A stretch of 63,895 bases of DNA, counting the filler, from Nitrospirae bacterium CG2_30_53_67 (GTDB lineage: Bacteria > CG2-30-53-67), in the NCBI GenBank assembly GCA_001873285.1. It is 7 parts of 7 records of this genome, joined end to end, with 100 filler letters (N's around TTAATTAATTAA, not from the genome) between each part and the next. Parts side by side here need not be neighbours in the genome. Positions count along the whole stretch, not along the records: positions 27,744 to 53,740 come from MNYV01000029.1; positions 53,841 to 60,482 come from MNYV01000149.1; 5 more parts are not named here. One strand, given 5' to 3'. Position 1 is the first letter of the stretch. Every line of letters starts with the position of its first letter. Below are positions 48,001-56,992 of this stretch, one piece after another. The translations under genes and the position numbers were made by a program. The notes under the pieces were generated by a model, which was not told the DNA's origin, made no database searches, and saw only the letters and a program-made list of their open reading frames with translations.

Positions 48001-49977
48001 CACGGCATGAAAGAGAACGGCGCCAAGAACTACATCGGGATCCGGAAGGCCGGTGTCGTGGTTCCTGAAACCTCGGGGGCCAGCGTGGATATCGGTACGC
48101 TGGAACTCCATGAAGGCGTTTCCATCAGCGGTACGGTAACGTCTGAATCCACCGGTGCGCCTTTGGGGAACATTGATGTTGAGGCCATGCCGGTGGACGG
48201 GAAGGACGGATCCACATCGGCTTTTGCCACCACGGACTCAAAAGGAAACTATACGATTTATGGCGTGGATCCCAACGTCAAATACTACACCGTGATTGCC
48301 GGCTCAAGGCCGGATTTCATGAAGTTCATCCCGGTGACCTGGGGTGAGGTGGAAAAGGACGTGGAAGTGGCATCCGCAGGTTTGACCGGTGTGGACTTTG
48401 CGCTCCCGGCTGCCAACGCCACGCTGTCCGGGACCATCCACAAGACCGGTAGTTCGCCGTGGATGCTCCCCTTCATGGAAGACGACATGCCGGCGCCCTT
48501 TATCCTGCTCCAGAAGCAGGGTGAAGTCTACTCGGACCCCATGGGCGGTATCGATACCATAGGAGAACCGAGTGACGGCGATACCACGACCTTCAGCATC
48601 AGCGGGATTGTTCCCGGAACGTACAATCTCAAGATCTTCAGCAGGGGATACACCACGAAGATCGTCCGGGGCATCGTGATTGCAGAAGGGGACAATGTCA
48701 TCTCTACAGCCCTGGAATTGGTAGAAGGCGGGACGGTTTCCGGCTCGGTGGTCAAGGACGACGGGACCTATCCCACAACCTCCGAGGTTTCAGAAGTGGT
48801 TGCGGTCTCTGAGGATCTGGAGGTGCTGATCTTCGGGACCCTGACGGCCAATGAGGCCTCTCGAGAGGTTTCGGCTTATTCCATCAGCGGGCTTGAGGCC
48901 GGGAAGTCCTATCGCCTGGTATTTATCAGCGAGGGCGATAAGGGGCCCGGCGAGGTCCATGTGATGCCGGACATGATCAGCGCGGGTAATACCTACAATG
49001 CCGTGCTCGGTGACAATGCCCCGATTATCACGGCCCGTGCCAAGAAGAATGCCGATGGGACTTTCTCCATCGGGATATTCAGCACCAGTTACTTTAATGA
49101 TGCATCCGCATCGAACATCCTCTCCCTGAGTCAGGGAGGAGGAACGCTCACGGCGACATTGGGACCGGACAAGATGACGATTGATGCCGGCTATACACCG
49201 GACGCAGCCGATACCATTTTCACTTTGGCATTGACGGCGCATTACGGCAAGAACAACAACACGGTCAGCGCGTCCTTCTCCTATGACGTGAACTCCACGG
49301 CATGGAACCAGGGGACCGTGAACACCCTGATGGGCGGCATGGTCGGTCTGGGGCAGGGCGACAAGTCCAAGGTCTTCATGGAACCTGGAGACGTCACGGA
49401 TGGAGACGGCGACGGCGTATCAACCGTGACCATGCAGAAAGACGATTCAGGTGTCAGCGGGAACGGCGTGCATGCCAATTCCGTAGAGAGGAGATCCCTC
49501 CTGGCTGAAGCTACGGACCCGCTTCCTGCCGGTGCCACGGCGGCGAGCGCCCTGTATGATATCGCGCTTCCCTCAGGAGATTCAATCACAACGGGCGCAT
49601 CGGTGACGGTATCACTCCAGTACAATGACTCAGTGACCGACACGACCAACCTGCACATCTACCACTTTACCGGCGGAGCGTGGGTTGCCGAGGACACCAA
49701 CCTGACCATTGATACCGTGAACAAGACCCTCACCGCGGACGTAACCAGCCTATCGCCATTCCAGGTGGTTACGGCCTCCTCGGTGGATACGCCTGCGGAC
49801 ACGCCTGCAGATACGCCTGCGGCAGTCTCAAGCGGCGGGGGCGGAGGAGGAGGATGCAGCCTCGCATCGAATCCTGTCTCCATGCCTAACGGCATAGGGG
49901 AGACGGCGTTGATGATTCTGCCTCTGTTGGTCCTTGTCTTGATGAAGTTAAGGAGGCGGTCTCAGGATCAGAATTGA
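45082..49977 (+). CDS. 1631-aa surface protein: FlgD-like Ig domain, tandem carboxypeptidase-regulatory-like beta-sandwich repeats, GGGGC-TM-basic C-terminal signal
   Basis: Signal peptide; ISPDGDG..D; repeated ISG.VT / G.YTI.GL..G.Y; tail GGGGGGGCSL...LPLLVLVLMKLRRR; AAGGAG RBS. Confidence 0.85.
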   Translation: MKAKTFSVNHWFMLFSFFLMAVFIHSSYASMNSVSIDTGTPGSLTNVTISPDGDGTDDRANVHFTSDVSGSFKVMVDTNGTPGFQMPDWSDPNSWQTSDTTMEGWAGAGGPNQFMFEGRDNKWRVLPNGTYSIRIMVDEDGDWINTTLDQSMDNSLTVTIQTASISGNVTAGGNPLPGVHVNAGSQYGWGDSDTDSSGNYTISGLKAGSYHVNAQKSGYVSADYPGGDVAVTAGQNTPGINFTMSPSILVTGAITIPAAFTSFVNMWGGMEDQLWININGWTDDGSDWVWGNAHIHAADGQFCLNALPGDDFDNDGKEDPVECSSPTSTTYSLDVKPPASGQTKTYHIRAEANNYASVEYTVTVNGSGGAQDITMTKASRIFGTVTLPSANAGSTPLWINVNARTASGTMAWGGGSVDIGQTQGNFDIRSALEGTYTVEVQVMGYKTSSVSSVVVTAGQDTDLGNISISQGGTISGIITIAGDTGSYQMYPGDPGTQPIMLWVDAGSSDGSGWSGTQVQIPRGLNQSVSYTIGGLGAGTYEIHSWLGEGYEQTPMPLTATLAGDTSNATGVDMSFAPYSGKITGTVSGTGLDLSKVVVRAMKAGWGWQQPVTTQPSGDGSYTLTGLGTSEYILEVNEYVNSADMLNGAQPMPTGNFGTETVRVPVTNGETTSGQNVTLSAGGVITGSISLEPGYSGSVNFNTDLVGKMVTAMPMKMAMMGGSSMFMGPILPDGTYTISGLGAGAYSVSPPTELTDQMAGFDPNAQMMQAPFEPDIAADSRMVSVSSGQTKSGVDFVLSDGYSVSGTLTLPDIPTGDQWNYVCEIELRHPRKEGMGRHMPVFVKDFNGTKTYSFTLEHIMDGDYVIQAWSNNYTVAYKNISVNDSDVAGANLELKKGASITGTLVNASSGKAVTPSDGIRVRCEAYPWVEGSWRETMQDPWSTSRFTDQGGIYTGAFTLANLPAGTYVVTVEAEHGMKENGAKNYIGIRKAGVVVPETSGASVDIGTLELHEGVSISGTVTSESTGAPLGNIDVEAMPVDGKDGSTSAFATTDSKGNYTIYGVDPNVKYYTVIAGSRPDFMKFIPVTWGEVEKDVEVASAGLTGVDFALPAANATLSGTIHKTGSSPWMLPFMEDDMPAPFILLQKQGEVYSDPMGGIDTIGEPSDGDTTTFSISGIVPGTYNLKIFSRGYTTKIVRGIVIAEGDNVISTALELVEGGTVSGSVVKDDGTYPTTSEVSEVVAVSEDLEVLIFGTLTANEASREVSAYSISGLEAGKSYRLVFISEGDKGPGEVHVMPDMISAGNTYNAVLGDNAPIITARAKKNADGTFSIGIFSTSYFNDASASNILSLSQGGGTLTATLGPDKMTIDAGYTPDAADTIFTLALTAHYGKNNNTVSASFSYDVNSTAWNQGTVNTLMGGMVGLGQGDKSKVFMEPGDVTDGDGDGVSTVTMQKDDSGVSGNGVHANSVERRSLLAEATDPLPAGATAASALYDIALPSGDSITTGASVTVSLQYNDSVTDTTNLHIYHFTGGAWVAEDTNLTIDTVNKTLTADVTSLSPFQVVTASSVDTPADTPADTPAAVSSGGGGGGGCSLASNPVSMPNGIGETALMILPLLVLVLMKLRRRSQDQN

Positions 49978-50001
49978 TCCGGGCTGTAAAAACAGCATGA
50001 G

Positions 50002-50036
50002 AAAGGGGCAGGACTCAGATCCTGCCCCTTTATTTT
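50002..50036. terminator. Rho-independent terminator between convergent genes
   Basis: AAAGGGGCAGGA-CTCAGA-TCCTGCCCCTTT followed by ATTTT. Confidence 0.7.
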
Positions 50037-50989
50037 CTACTATCACCGCCCTGAAGAAGGGTTCCCACGGAAAGGGTCGCTTCGAGTCCACTCTGGTCTT
50101 TTCCTGTAATCATCTTCAGGTTCTTGATATACAGCAAGTCTTCCGAACTTTCGATCTGATAAAGAAAACGAGTCAAATCATCAATCTTGATATTCTCGAG
50201 TTTGATCTCGGCCAGGGATTCCCGGAACTGCCCGACAGGGTTCTCACGCTGGGGCCTGATGTAGGTGATCTTGTCCTTGACTTCGGCCTTTGTGGCCAGT
50301 TGTTCCAGGTATGAGAAAACAGAGAATCCCTGCCCGCGCTGATCTATGATTTTTTTGATTTGTTCCATCCCTCCACGGTCTTGTACAACAGAGGATTGGA
50401 GCCGGACCATTTCGGAGAGTTCCGTTTTCTTCTTCTGGATTTTGATGTTGATCAATTCATTATTTTGAAACATGGGGTCCATGACCCATGTGTAAAAGGC
50501 AAGAACGGAAAGGAAGATGAGTCCGGAGAGGACGATACGCTGCTCTCGGGCGCTCAATTCCTGGTAGTAGTGGAAAATGCGCTGGAACAAAGGTTGTTGC
50601 CGTATCTGGTCCAGAAGACGGGCATATATGGATTTTTTCTCGTGAGTCTCCGGACTCGGAATCAAGGGCGGCCCGGAATAAGGAGCGGATTCTTGTATGG
50701 GGGACGCCCCGACGGGAATCGTTTCATCGAGGTTCTCGGCAGTTCCTTCCGGCGCATGCGGTGTTTCGGCCGCCCGTCCGGGAGCCTGTTCACCGGATGT
50801 GACTTGTTCCGAGACGTCCCCGGATTCGTTCGTGACCTTGAAGATATGTTTTTCTTCAGGGGCCGTATCTGAAGCGTCATGGGCGCTCTGTTCATCGATC
50901 CTGGGGGCGCCTTCCAGGAGGGCTTCCCATCCTTTGGGATCCAGATTCATTTTTGCTTTCTTTCGAAGAGAGTCTTCCTTGTCAGTCAT
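50030..50989 (-). CDS. gspM: Type II secretion GspM-like protein with long N-terminal extension
   Basis: LSAREQ..V + TM + coiled coil + FS.LEQLA, L..FLYQIE; follows gspK/gspL. Confidence 0.65.
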   Translation of the reverse strand: MTDKEDSLRKKAKMNLDPKGWEALLEGAPRIDEQSAHDASDTAPEEKHIFKVTNESGDVSEQVTSGEQAPGRAAETPHAPEGTAENLDETIPVGASPIQESAPYSGPPLIPSPETHEKKSIYARLLDQIRQQPLFQRIFHYYQELSAREQRIVLSGLIFLSVLAFYTWVMDPMFQNNELINIKIQKKKTELSEMVRLQSSVVQDRGGMEQIKKIIDQRGQGFSVFSYLEQLATKAEVKDKITYIRPQRENPVGQFRESLAEIKLENIKIDDLTRFLYQIESSEDLLYIKNLKMITGKDQSGLEATLSVGTLLQGGDSRK

Positions 50990-51743
50990 GGAGCAATACC
51001 TCAATAGCCAGGTGCCGGTAATGCAGGGCTCCGGGCGAGTTGGCCGAGTATTTGATGACCGGTTTCCGGTAAAGTTCAGCCTCGCTCAGGGTGATGTTTC
51101 TCGGTATCAATGTGGTAAAGAGCTTGTCCCCGAAGGTCTGCTTGATCTCATGATAGAGAATCCTGTGCAAAGTCGTCTTTTTGTCGAACATGGTGATCAG
51201 GACTCCCATGAGATTGATTTGATGCCCGAGCTGCTGATGAATGGTGCTGATCATCTTGTTCAGCATATCGAATCCTTTAATGGCATAATATTTGGCCTCC
51301 GTCGGGATGATGATGTCGCTTGACGCCAGGAGGGCGTTTAAGCTTAAAATCCCGAGAGACGGAGGACAATCAATGATGACGAAGTCGTAATCTCCGTTGA
51401 TCTCCTTCAGCGCGTTTCTCAGGATATAAGGTCTGGAATTCCTGCCGGCCAATCGGACTTCACAGCCGGCCAGGTTCATATGAGCCGGGAGCAGGTCCAG
51501 GGTCTCCATCATGGTCCGGCGCCGGACTTCGCTGACCTTGGTCTTTTCATCCATGATGAGGTCATAAACCGTCTTGTCCAGCGTGTCAGGATCCACATTC
51601 AGCCCGATGCTTGCATTGGCCTGCGAATCCATGTCGATCAGCAATACCCGCTGTCCCAGTTCCGCCAGGCACGCAGAGAGGTTGATGGCCGTCGTGGTCT
51701 TCCCGATCCCTCCTTTCTGGTTGATGATGGAAATGGACCTCAT
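50982..51743 (-). CDS. ParA/Soj-family ATPase
   Basis: NQKGGIGKTT, DMDSQAN, IDCPPSLG, IPRNI.LSEA. Confidence 0.9.
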   Translation of the reverse strand: MRSISIINQKGGIGKTTTAINLSACLAELGQRVLLIDMDSQANASIGLNVDPDTLDKTVYDLIMDEKTKVSEVRRRTMMETLDLLPAHMNLAGCEVRLAGRNSRPYILRNALKEINGDYDFVIIDCPPSLGILSLNALLASSDIIIPTEAKYYAIKGFDMLNKMISTIHQQLGHQINLMGVLITMFDKKTTLHRILYHEIKQTFGDKLFTTLIPRNITLSEAELYRKPVIKYSANSPGALHYRHLAIEVLLHD

Positions 51744-51843
51744 ACGATCTTGCCGCCAAGAATTTTCTCCTGAGATGATTCCTGTTCGGAGCGGGGAAAG
51801 ACCCGCCGCCTCTTGATGCGCTTCATCATCCACGGGGTTGATA

Positions 51844-53388
51844 TCATGTTCCTTTGAATACGATTTTTATTTGAAAGTTGACATGGCTTTTGTCATTGTC
51901 CACCTTTGCATTGCTGACATTGACCTGATCTAAGATTTCCGACTTTTTCAGCTCCTGTTCGATCCGGTTGACGGAATTGAAGGAATCCGTCCATCCGACG
52001 AAGCGGAGGGACTTATCGTCAAGGGTCAGGTCCGTGACCGCAAGCTCCAGATCAGCCGGGATCCGGACGCTGATCTCGTTTAGAATATCCAGGGCTGAAG
52101 GCTTTGCGCCGAAAACGTTTCTGAAGATCTCATTCTGTTTTTCAACCTCCTTGATATGGAGCTTCATCTGTTCTAATTCATTCACCACATTTTTGACATC
52201 GGGAAATGTTTCCTGAAGGATATGGCGGGTCTCTTTCTTTAACTGGTTGTAATAGTGGCCCTTGGCTTGAATGCCGATGAAGTAGTCCACGAAGGATAGG
52301 AGAATAAAAAATCCCAGGATGGCTGCCGCATGGCGGATCTCCTTTTTTGATTCCATGATCCTGGAGATCATAGAGAATTTCTTTTTTCTGAAGGCGCATT
52401 TCAATGCATCCTTTCCCCCCTCCATCAGAGCCATCCCCAGAGGAGAATGGATCCCGGTCAGGTGATCTTTTCTCACCAGGTCATGAGGCAGGGCGGTCAG
52501 GGGATCGGTGATCTCGGTTTGGATGGACAACTCCTTTTCAAGGAGGGGGGGAAGCAGATGGATGCCCGGCCGGTCTCCGGTGACGTAGGCCTCCGACGGG
52601 GCCTTGGCGGAGGATCGGAGGAGATAAGTCCGGATACTCTTCCCGGCCTGGGAAGCGAGGGCCAATGGTTCCTGACCCAGGATATTGAGGAGTTCAGTGG
52701 TTTCGAGCGGGTTGACATCCCGAAGCCGTTCGGAGAGGGTTTGAGGATCCGTCCCTGTTTTCTCCTGGAGCCTTCCGAACAGGGCTTCAAGGCCCCAGCT
52801 GAGTCGTTGAATGTGTCCTGGAATCCCCCCTTCATACAGCGAAAGAAGGGTGTAATTCGATGAAACATGCAGGTGAAGACAGGAGCGGTCCTTCCGGATC
52901 CTTTGTGTTTGAAAGAGCGCGTTGGCTGCCGCAAGCGAAGAGACGACGATCATGTTCAGAGGGATTCCCGCCTCTTCGAAGAGGGCGCTCCGCTGGTCCA
53001 GGATGGATCGGGGAAGGGCATAGACCAGAAGGTCGCTTTTCCCTTTTTCCTGCCTGATCATCCGGTAACAGGTTTCGAGGTCCTGAATCGGGAAGGGGAC
53101 CAGGGGTTCGAGTTCATAGAGGATGACCTTGTCGATTTTAGACCTCTCCCTGAATGGGACCGTGATCTGCCTGGTGATCAGCATGTCACCCGGCACAGAC
53201 GCCACAACGCTCTCTCTCTGGATCTGATGTTCAGAGAAGAAGAGCGAGAGCGCATCCGGCGTGAGGGAGTCCCCGTCTATGACCTCCTCCATGAAGCGGA
53301 GAATCCGGACCAGCTTGCGCTGGACGGAGATTTCCACCGCCTGGATCCCGTATGCGTTGATCTCAATTCCCGTGATGATTCTCGCCAT
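51844..53388 (-). CDS. gspL: Type II secretion GspL-like (PilM actin-like plus PilN-like) protein
   Basis: VPF....KI..V..YELE..VPF; TM helix; S.LDIL.EIS..IP; GWTDSFNSV. Confidence 0.75.
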   Translation of the reverse strand: MARIITGIEINAYGIQAVEISVQRKLVRILRFMEEVIDGDSLTPDALSLFFSEHQIQRESVVASVPGDMLITRQITVPFRERSKIDKVILYELEPLVPFPIQDLETCYRMIRQEKGKSDLLVYALPRSILDQRSALFEEAGIPLNMIVVSSLAAANALFQTQRIRKDRSCLHLHVSSNYTLLSLYEGGIPGHIQRLSWGLEALFGRLQEKTGTDPQTLSERLRDVNPLETTELLNILGQEPLALASQAGKSIRTYLLRSSAKAPSEAYVTGDRPGIHLLPPLLEKELSIQTEITDPLTALPHDLVRKDHLTGIHSPLGMALMEGGKDALKCAFRKKKFSMISRIMESKKEIRHAAAILGFFILLSFVDYFIGIQAKGHYYNQLKKETRHILQETFPDVKNVVNELEQMKLHIKEVEKQNEIFRNVFGAKPSALDILNEISVRIPADLELAVTDLTLDDKSLRFVGWTDSFNSVNRIEQELKKSEILDQVNVSNAKVDNDKSHVNFQIKIVFKGT

Positions 53389-53412
53389 TATGACCTTTTC
53401 ATCCGCTTTTTA

Positions 53413-53740
53413 TCACTCTTCCCGCCAATACACGATGCTAACATTATTATTCTTCCTTTGCAAGACTGCATGAACGAATTTTGTTACCTTATGGACTCGG
53501 ACTGTGACGTAAGCCGAAAAATAGGCCGATTTTACGTCCCACAACTCCTGCGGCACGCTGGATGCCCCGGGGAACTCCTGCTTAATATAGGTTGCAAAAT
53601 CCTGCGTGGATTTGAAAGGGGCATCTTTACGGTATTCGGCAAGGGTCTCTCCGTCGATTCCGTCTGCGAGGGCGCTCAGGACCTGGGGGGGGGCCGTGTT
53701 CACATTGATCTTCCCGCCGCTCCAAACCGTGAAGATATCC
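53413..53740 (-). CDS. gspK: Type II secretion GspK C-terminal part (5' truncated)
   Basis: GKINVNTAP..VL.AL, VKSAYF, IVYWREE. Confidence 0.7.
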
Positions 53741-53840
53741 NNNNNNNNNNNNNNNNNNNNNNNNNNNNNNNNNNNNNNNNNNNNTTAATTAATTAANNNN
53801 NNNNNNNNNNNNNNNNNNNNNNNNNNNNNNNNNNNNNNNN
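53741..53840. other. Artificial contig linker
   Basis: N-run with TTAATTAATTAA. Confidence 0.98.
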
Positions 53841-53999
53841 ATCGTTCTCCCTGGACTCCATTCGTAACCTCGCGTCGCCTCCCAGGGTGATCTTACTGAG
53901 ACCCGCCGTATTCTCAAAACTCACGCTTGCCATCAGATCAGGTACAGAAGTCATGGCCAGGAATAGCATAAGCAATAATAATGGAAACACGTATCGCAT
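53841..53999 (-). CDS. N-terminus of a probable outer-membrane beta-barrel/porin (truncated)
   Basis: GGAGG RBS, signal peptide, ITLGGDARLRME first-strand-like motif. Confidence 0.5.
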
Positions 54000-54013
54000 C
54001 TTTCCCTCCTTGA

Positions 54014-55477
54014 TTATTTTACCTTCTCGATCAGCTCCTTGGTGTCGACAGGTTTGCTCTTGACCTCCTCAGGTTTCTCCCTGGGCTTCATGAAATCCGG
54101 GACCGGTGAGACATCCTTCCAGTTGATTCCTTCTTTCTTCTCCAGGGCGTTGAGTCTCCGGATCATGCTGGCGTCTTCCCAGATCTCGGAAAGCATCAGC
54201 TTCAGGGGGGCATTCCCGTACCAGTGGCTCCAGTCCGGGCTCATGTGGTAGGCCCCCTTCCAGGCATGGATGTTGTAGAACTTGTACATGTGGAAAAACT
54301 TGGCCTCGATCCCCGAGACCTGCTCATAGAGCTCATGGCCCGTGAGCCAGATATCCTTGCCCTTGGGGAAGGGCGCCGGATTTTCGATCCGGTCAGACGG
54401 CATGGGGCTGAGCAGTCCGTCATCTTTCAGACCCTGGATGATCTTGTAGGCCTCGCCGGTCACGCCGTCGGTCGCGATCTTGATCCCGTCCGCTGTGCCC
54501 AGCTTGTGCCTTGCGAATCGTTCCGAATGGCAGTTCTTGCAGATGGCCAGCATCTTGTCCCTCTCTCTCTTAAAGTCATCGGGGCTGATCTCGTTCATGT
54601 TGATCCCATTCGGGTCCGGGTGGTATGCGTCACCGCTCGGATTATTCCCGATGAATTTCCCCTGCGAGGACCCGCCCAGGGTGATCCCCTGGCTCACATC
54701 ATGGGTCCCCCTGGACATGTGGCAGGTCACACACCCGGGGGCACGGCCCCCTTCTTCAAAGATCTTTCCCTCGACCGAAGCGATGACCCCATGCTTGGAG
54801 GATTCGTAGTACTCGGTCTGCGCATGGTCAGGCCCCATATGGCAGGTGGCGCAGGCCTCAGGCCTGCGTGCCTCGGCCGGATCGAACCGGTGCCTGGTAT
54901 GGCAGGAGTCGCATTTCAGCGCAACGCTGTGGCACGTGCCGCATCCCATCTCTTTCATCTCCTCATACTGCGCCCCGCGCCGTCCGGCCTGGGTGTGCGC
55001 TCCGTAGAAACCGTACCGCCCGTGCTTGCCCGCAAAATGCTGCTCCACGCGTCCGGGATGGCAGGTCCCGCAGGTCTTGGGCAGGGGCATGAAAACCTGG
55101 GGGTGGGTGCCGTGACAGACGGAGCAGTCTATCCCGTTCTTGCCGTGCTTGCTTGCCTTCCATTCTTCAACCGCCGAGGGTGTATATTTCTCGTGGCACT
55201 CGACACAGTTCTTCTTGCCGGCGGCCTCGGGCACATCCGGCGGCGTGTACTGGGTGGGATCATAGTACCCCTGCCCCGCATCGTTCCAGGATGCAGTCAT
55301 AGAGGTGTAACGGTCATGATAACCCTTCTGCGGCGTGGGGATTTCCCGGGTCCCTTTTGAATATTTTGTCGGGTCAAACGAGGTCTCCGGGCCCGCGGCA
55401 AAGCTCCACAGCGGAAAGGCCAGGACTGCGGGCAGCAGGACGCAAAAAATAAACCTCCTTCGGTGTTCTCCTTCCAT
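54014..55477 (-). CDS. Octaheme cytochrome c, hydroxylamine oxidoreductase (HAO) family
   Basis: Eight CxxCH motifs; CDSCHTRH.F, PEACATCHMGPDH.Q.E.Y..SKHG, GAYHMSPD; signal peptide. Confidence 0.88.
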   Translation of the reverse strand: MEGEHRRRFIFCVLLPAVLAFPLWSFAAGPETSFDPTKYSKGTREIPTPQKGYHDRYTSMTASWNDAGQGYYDPTQYTPPDVPEAAGKKNCVECHEKYTPSAVEEWKASKHGKNGIDCSVCHGTHPQVFMPLPKTCGTCHPGRVEQHFAGKHGRYGFYGAHTQAGRRGAQYEEMKEMGCGTCHSVALKCDSCHTRHRFDPAEARRPEACATCHMGPDHAQTEYYESSKHGVIASVEGKIFEEGGRAPGCVTCHMSRGTHDVSQGITLGGSSQGKFIGNNPSGDAYHPDPNGINMNEISPDDFKRERDKMLAICKNCHSERFARHKLGTADGIKIATDGVTGEAYKIIQGLKDDGLLSPMPSDRIENPAPFPKGKDIWLTGHELYEQVSGIEAKFFHMYKFYNIHAWKGAYHMSPDWSHWYGNAPLKLMLSEIWEDASMIRRLNALEKKEGINWKDVSPVPDFMKPREKPEEVKSKPVDTKELIEKVK

Positions 55478-55639
55478 CTTTTCTCCTCCTCTGTTGATAT
55501 AGACACCATGTACCCTTTAAAACGGCCATAAATCCACGTTATTCATCCACCACCCGGCGGGACGGTCGGTAAGCAGAGAGAGATGGAACAGAAACAAATA
55601 GAATGCAAGTAATTATACAGAGCGTCATAAATCAACAAC

Positions 55640-55872
55640 GTCATTCACCGACTTGGAGACTGTGTCGCAATGCAACGCTATTTTAAGAAGTGGGGAATGA
55701 GCGCTTACATGAGCAACCAACTTGCTTGTCGATCCCACAACATAACTTCCCCTGGTTAAAATGTGGGAAACAATTTTTTATTTTTCGCTCCAAAATGCAT
55801 TACGACACAGTCTCTTGATCGGGGAATCCAGATAAAAGAAACTGGATTGTCCGGTCAAGCCGGACAATGACA
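55640..55872. repeat. R1 REP-like double hairpin interrupted by a MITE
   Basis: GTCATTCACCGACTTG[...]TTGATCGGGGAATCCAG...CTGGATTGTCCGGTCAAGCCGGACAATGAC. Confidence 0.75.
55656..55814. mobile_element. 159-bp MITE (GAGACTGTGTC ends, TTG duplication)
   Basis: 19-bp TIRs GAGACTGTGTCGCAATGCA / TGCATTACGACACAGTCTC (1 mismatch); TTG on both sides. Confidence 0.85.
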
Positions 55873-55997
55873 AACTGATTACTACTTCTGTCGCTGTGTA
55901 TAAATGGAATTTTATATAAAATTCATCTCATGTATGTGATCTGGATCACGAACAAGGACTTTATATGAAAATCTTCGTCCCGTCAATTCATTGCTAA

Positions 55998-56159
55998 GTG
56001 GTCCTGTTCGTAAATATGGTGACGTACCGAGAGGGTCGTAGGGTGGTCTCATCAAGGCGCGCAACTGAGGCGTACCCCTCTGGTACACCGCAAGGAGCAC
56101 AACGCCGAGGAGACCGCCCTACGGCACTCGAATGCCACCGTATTTACGAATAGGGCCAC
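55998..56159. mobile_element. 162-bp MITE, inverted copy of 27440-27601, flanked by TAA
   Basis: CTAA|GTGGTCCTGTTCGTAAATA...TATTTACGAATAGGGCCAC|TAAG. Confidence 0.82.
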
Positions 56160-56196
56160 TAAGGGGATGAAAGGGAGTCTTCCGGAGAAGAACCGA

Positions 56197-56991
56197 TCAG
56201 ATCACGGCCCTTTCCACATTTGTGAGAGGATGTTTCAGGAAACACTCCCCGACCTTACGGAAACGGTCCGGAGAGTCGGTCACATAGAATTTTCGAATCG
56301 GATGCGGATTCCCGGTCCTGGGGTTACCGTTCACGGCCAGCATCCGCTCCACTTCACGGGCCGTCTCCTCGGCTGAATCCACGAGTCTCACCCCTTCACC
56401 CATGACATCCTGGATGGCAGACCTCAACATGGGATAGTGCGTGCAGCCCAGGACCAAGGTGTCGATACCTGTATTCCGAAAATCTTTCAGATACTCCATG
56501 GCCACAAGGGACGTCAACTGATGGTCGGCCCAACCTTCTTCTGCCAGGGGAACGAAGAGCGGGCAGGCCTTGGTGTGGACCTCCACGCCTGCATCAATCC
56601 CGTGAATTGCCTTGACATAGGCGCTGCTCCCGATCGTCGCCTCGGTCCCGATCACCCCGACCTTCCTGCAGGCCGAGTAGGAAACGGCGGCACGGGCGCC
56701 GGGAATGAGCACACCGATGACGGGTACGTCGTATCGGGCAGTCAAATCCGGGATGGCTACCGAGGAGACCGTATTGCATGCCACGACCAGCATCTTGACT
56801 CTATGCTCAATCAGGAAATCCGCGATCTCCACGGAATATCTGGTTACAGTTTCAGCGGACTTGATCCCGTAGGGGACCCTGGCCGTGTCTCCAAAATAGA
56901 TCAGATCCTCAAATGGGAGGCGGTTCATAATCTCATGAAGAACGGTCAAACCGCCTACTCCGGAATCAAAGATGCCTATCGGACGGTCCAA
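56197..56991 (-). CDS. murI: Glutamate racemase
   Basis: IGIFDSGVGGLTV, GDTARVPYG, VACNT, LGCTHYP. Confidence 0.96.
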   Translation of the reverse strand: MDRPIGIFDSGVGGLTVLHEIMNRLPFEDLIYFGDTARVPYGIKSAETVTRYSVEIADFLIEHRVKMLVVACNTVSSVAIPDLTARYDVPVIGVLIPGARAAVSYSACRKVGVIGTEATIGSSAYVKAIHGIDAGVEVHTKACPLFVPLAEEGWADHQLTSLVAMEYLKDFRNTGIDTLVLGCTHYPMLRSAIQDVMGEGVRLVDSAEETAREVERMLAVNGNPRTGNPHPIRKFYVTDSPDRFRKVGECFLKHPLTNVERAVI

Positions 56992-56992
56992 C

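Noticed and set aside
54224..55360. Long antisense ORFs (e.g. 54224-55360, 12159-13217, 52867-53796, 27927-28721, 21127-21747)
   Set aside because: Shadow frames opposite well-supported genes; no motifs or RBS seen
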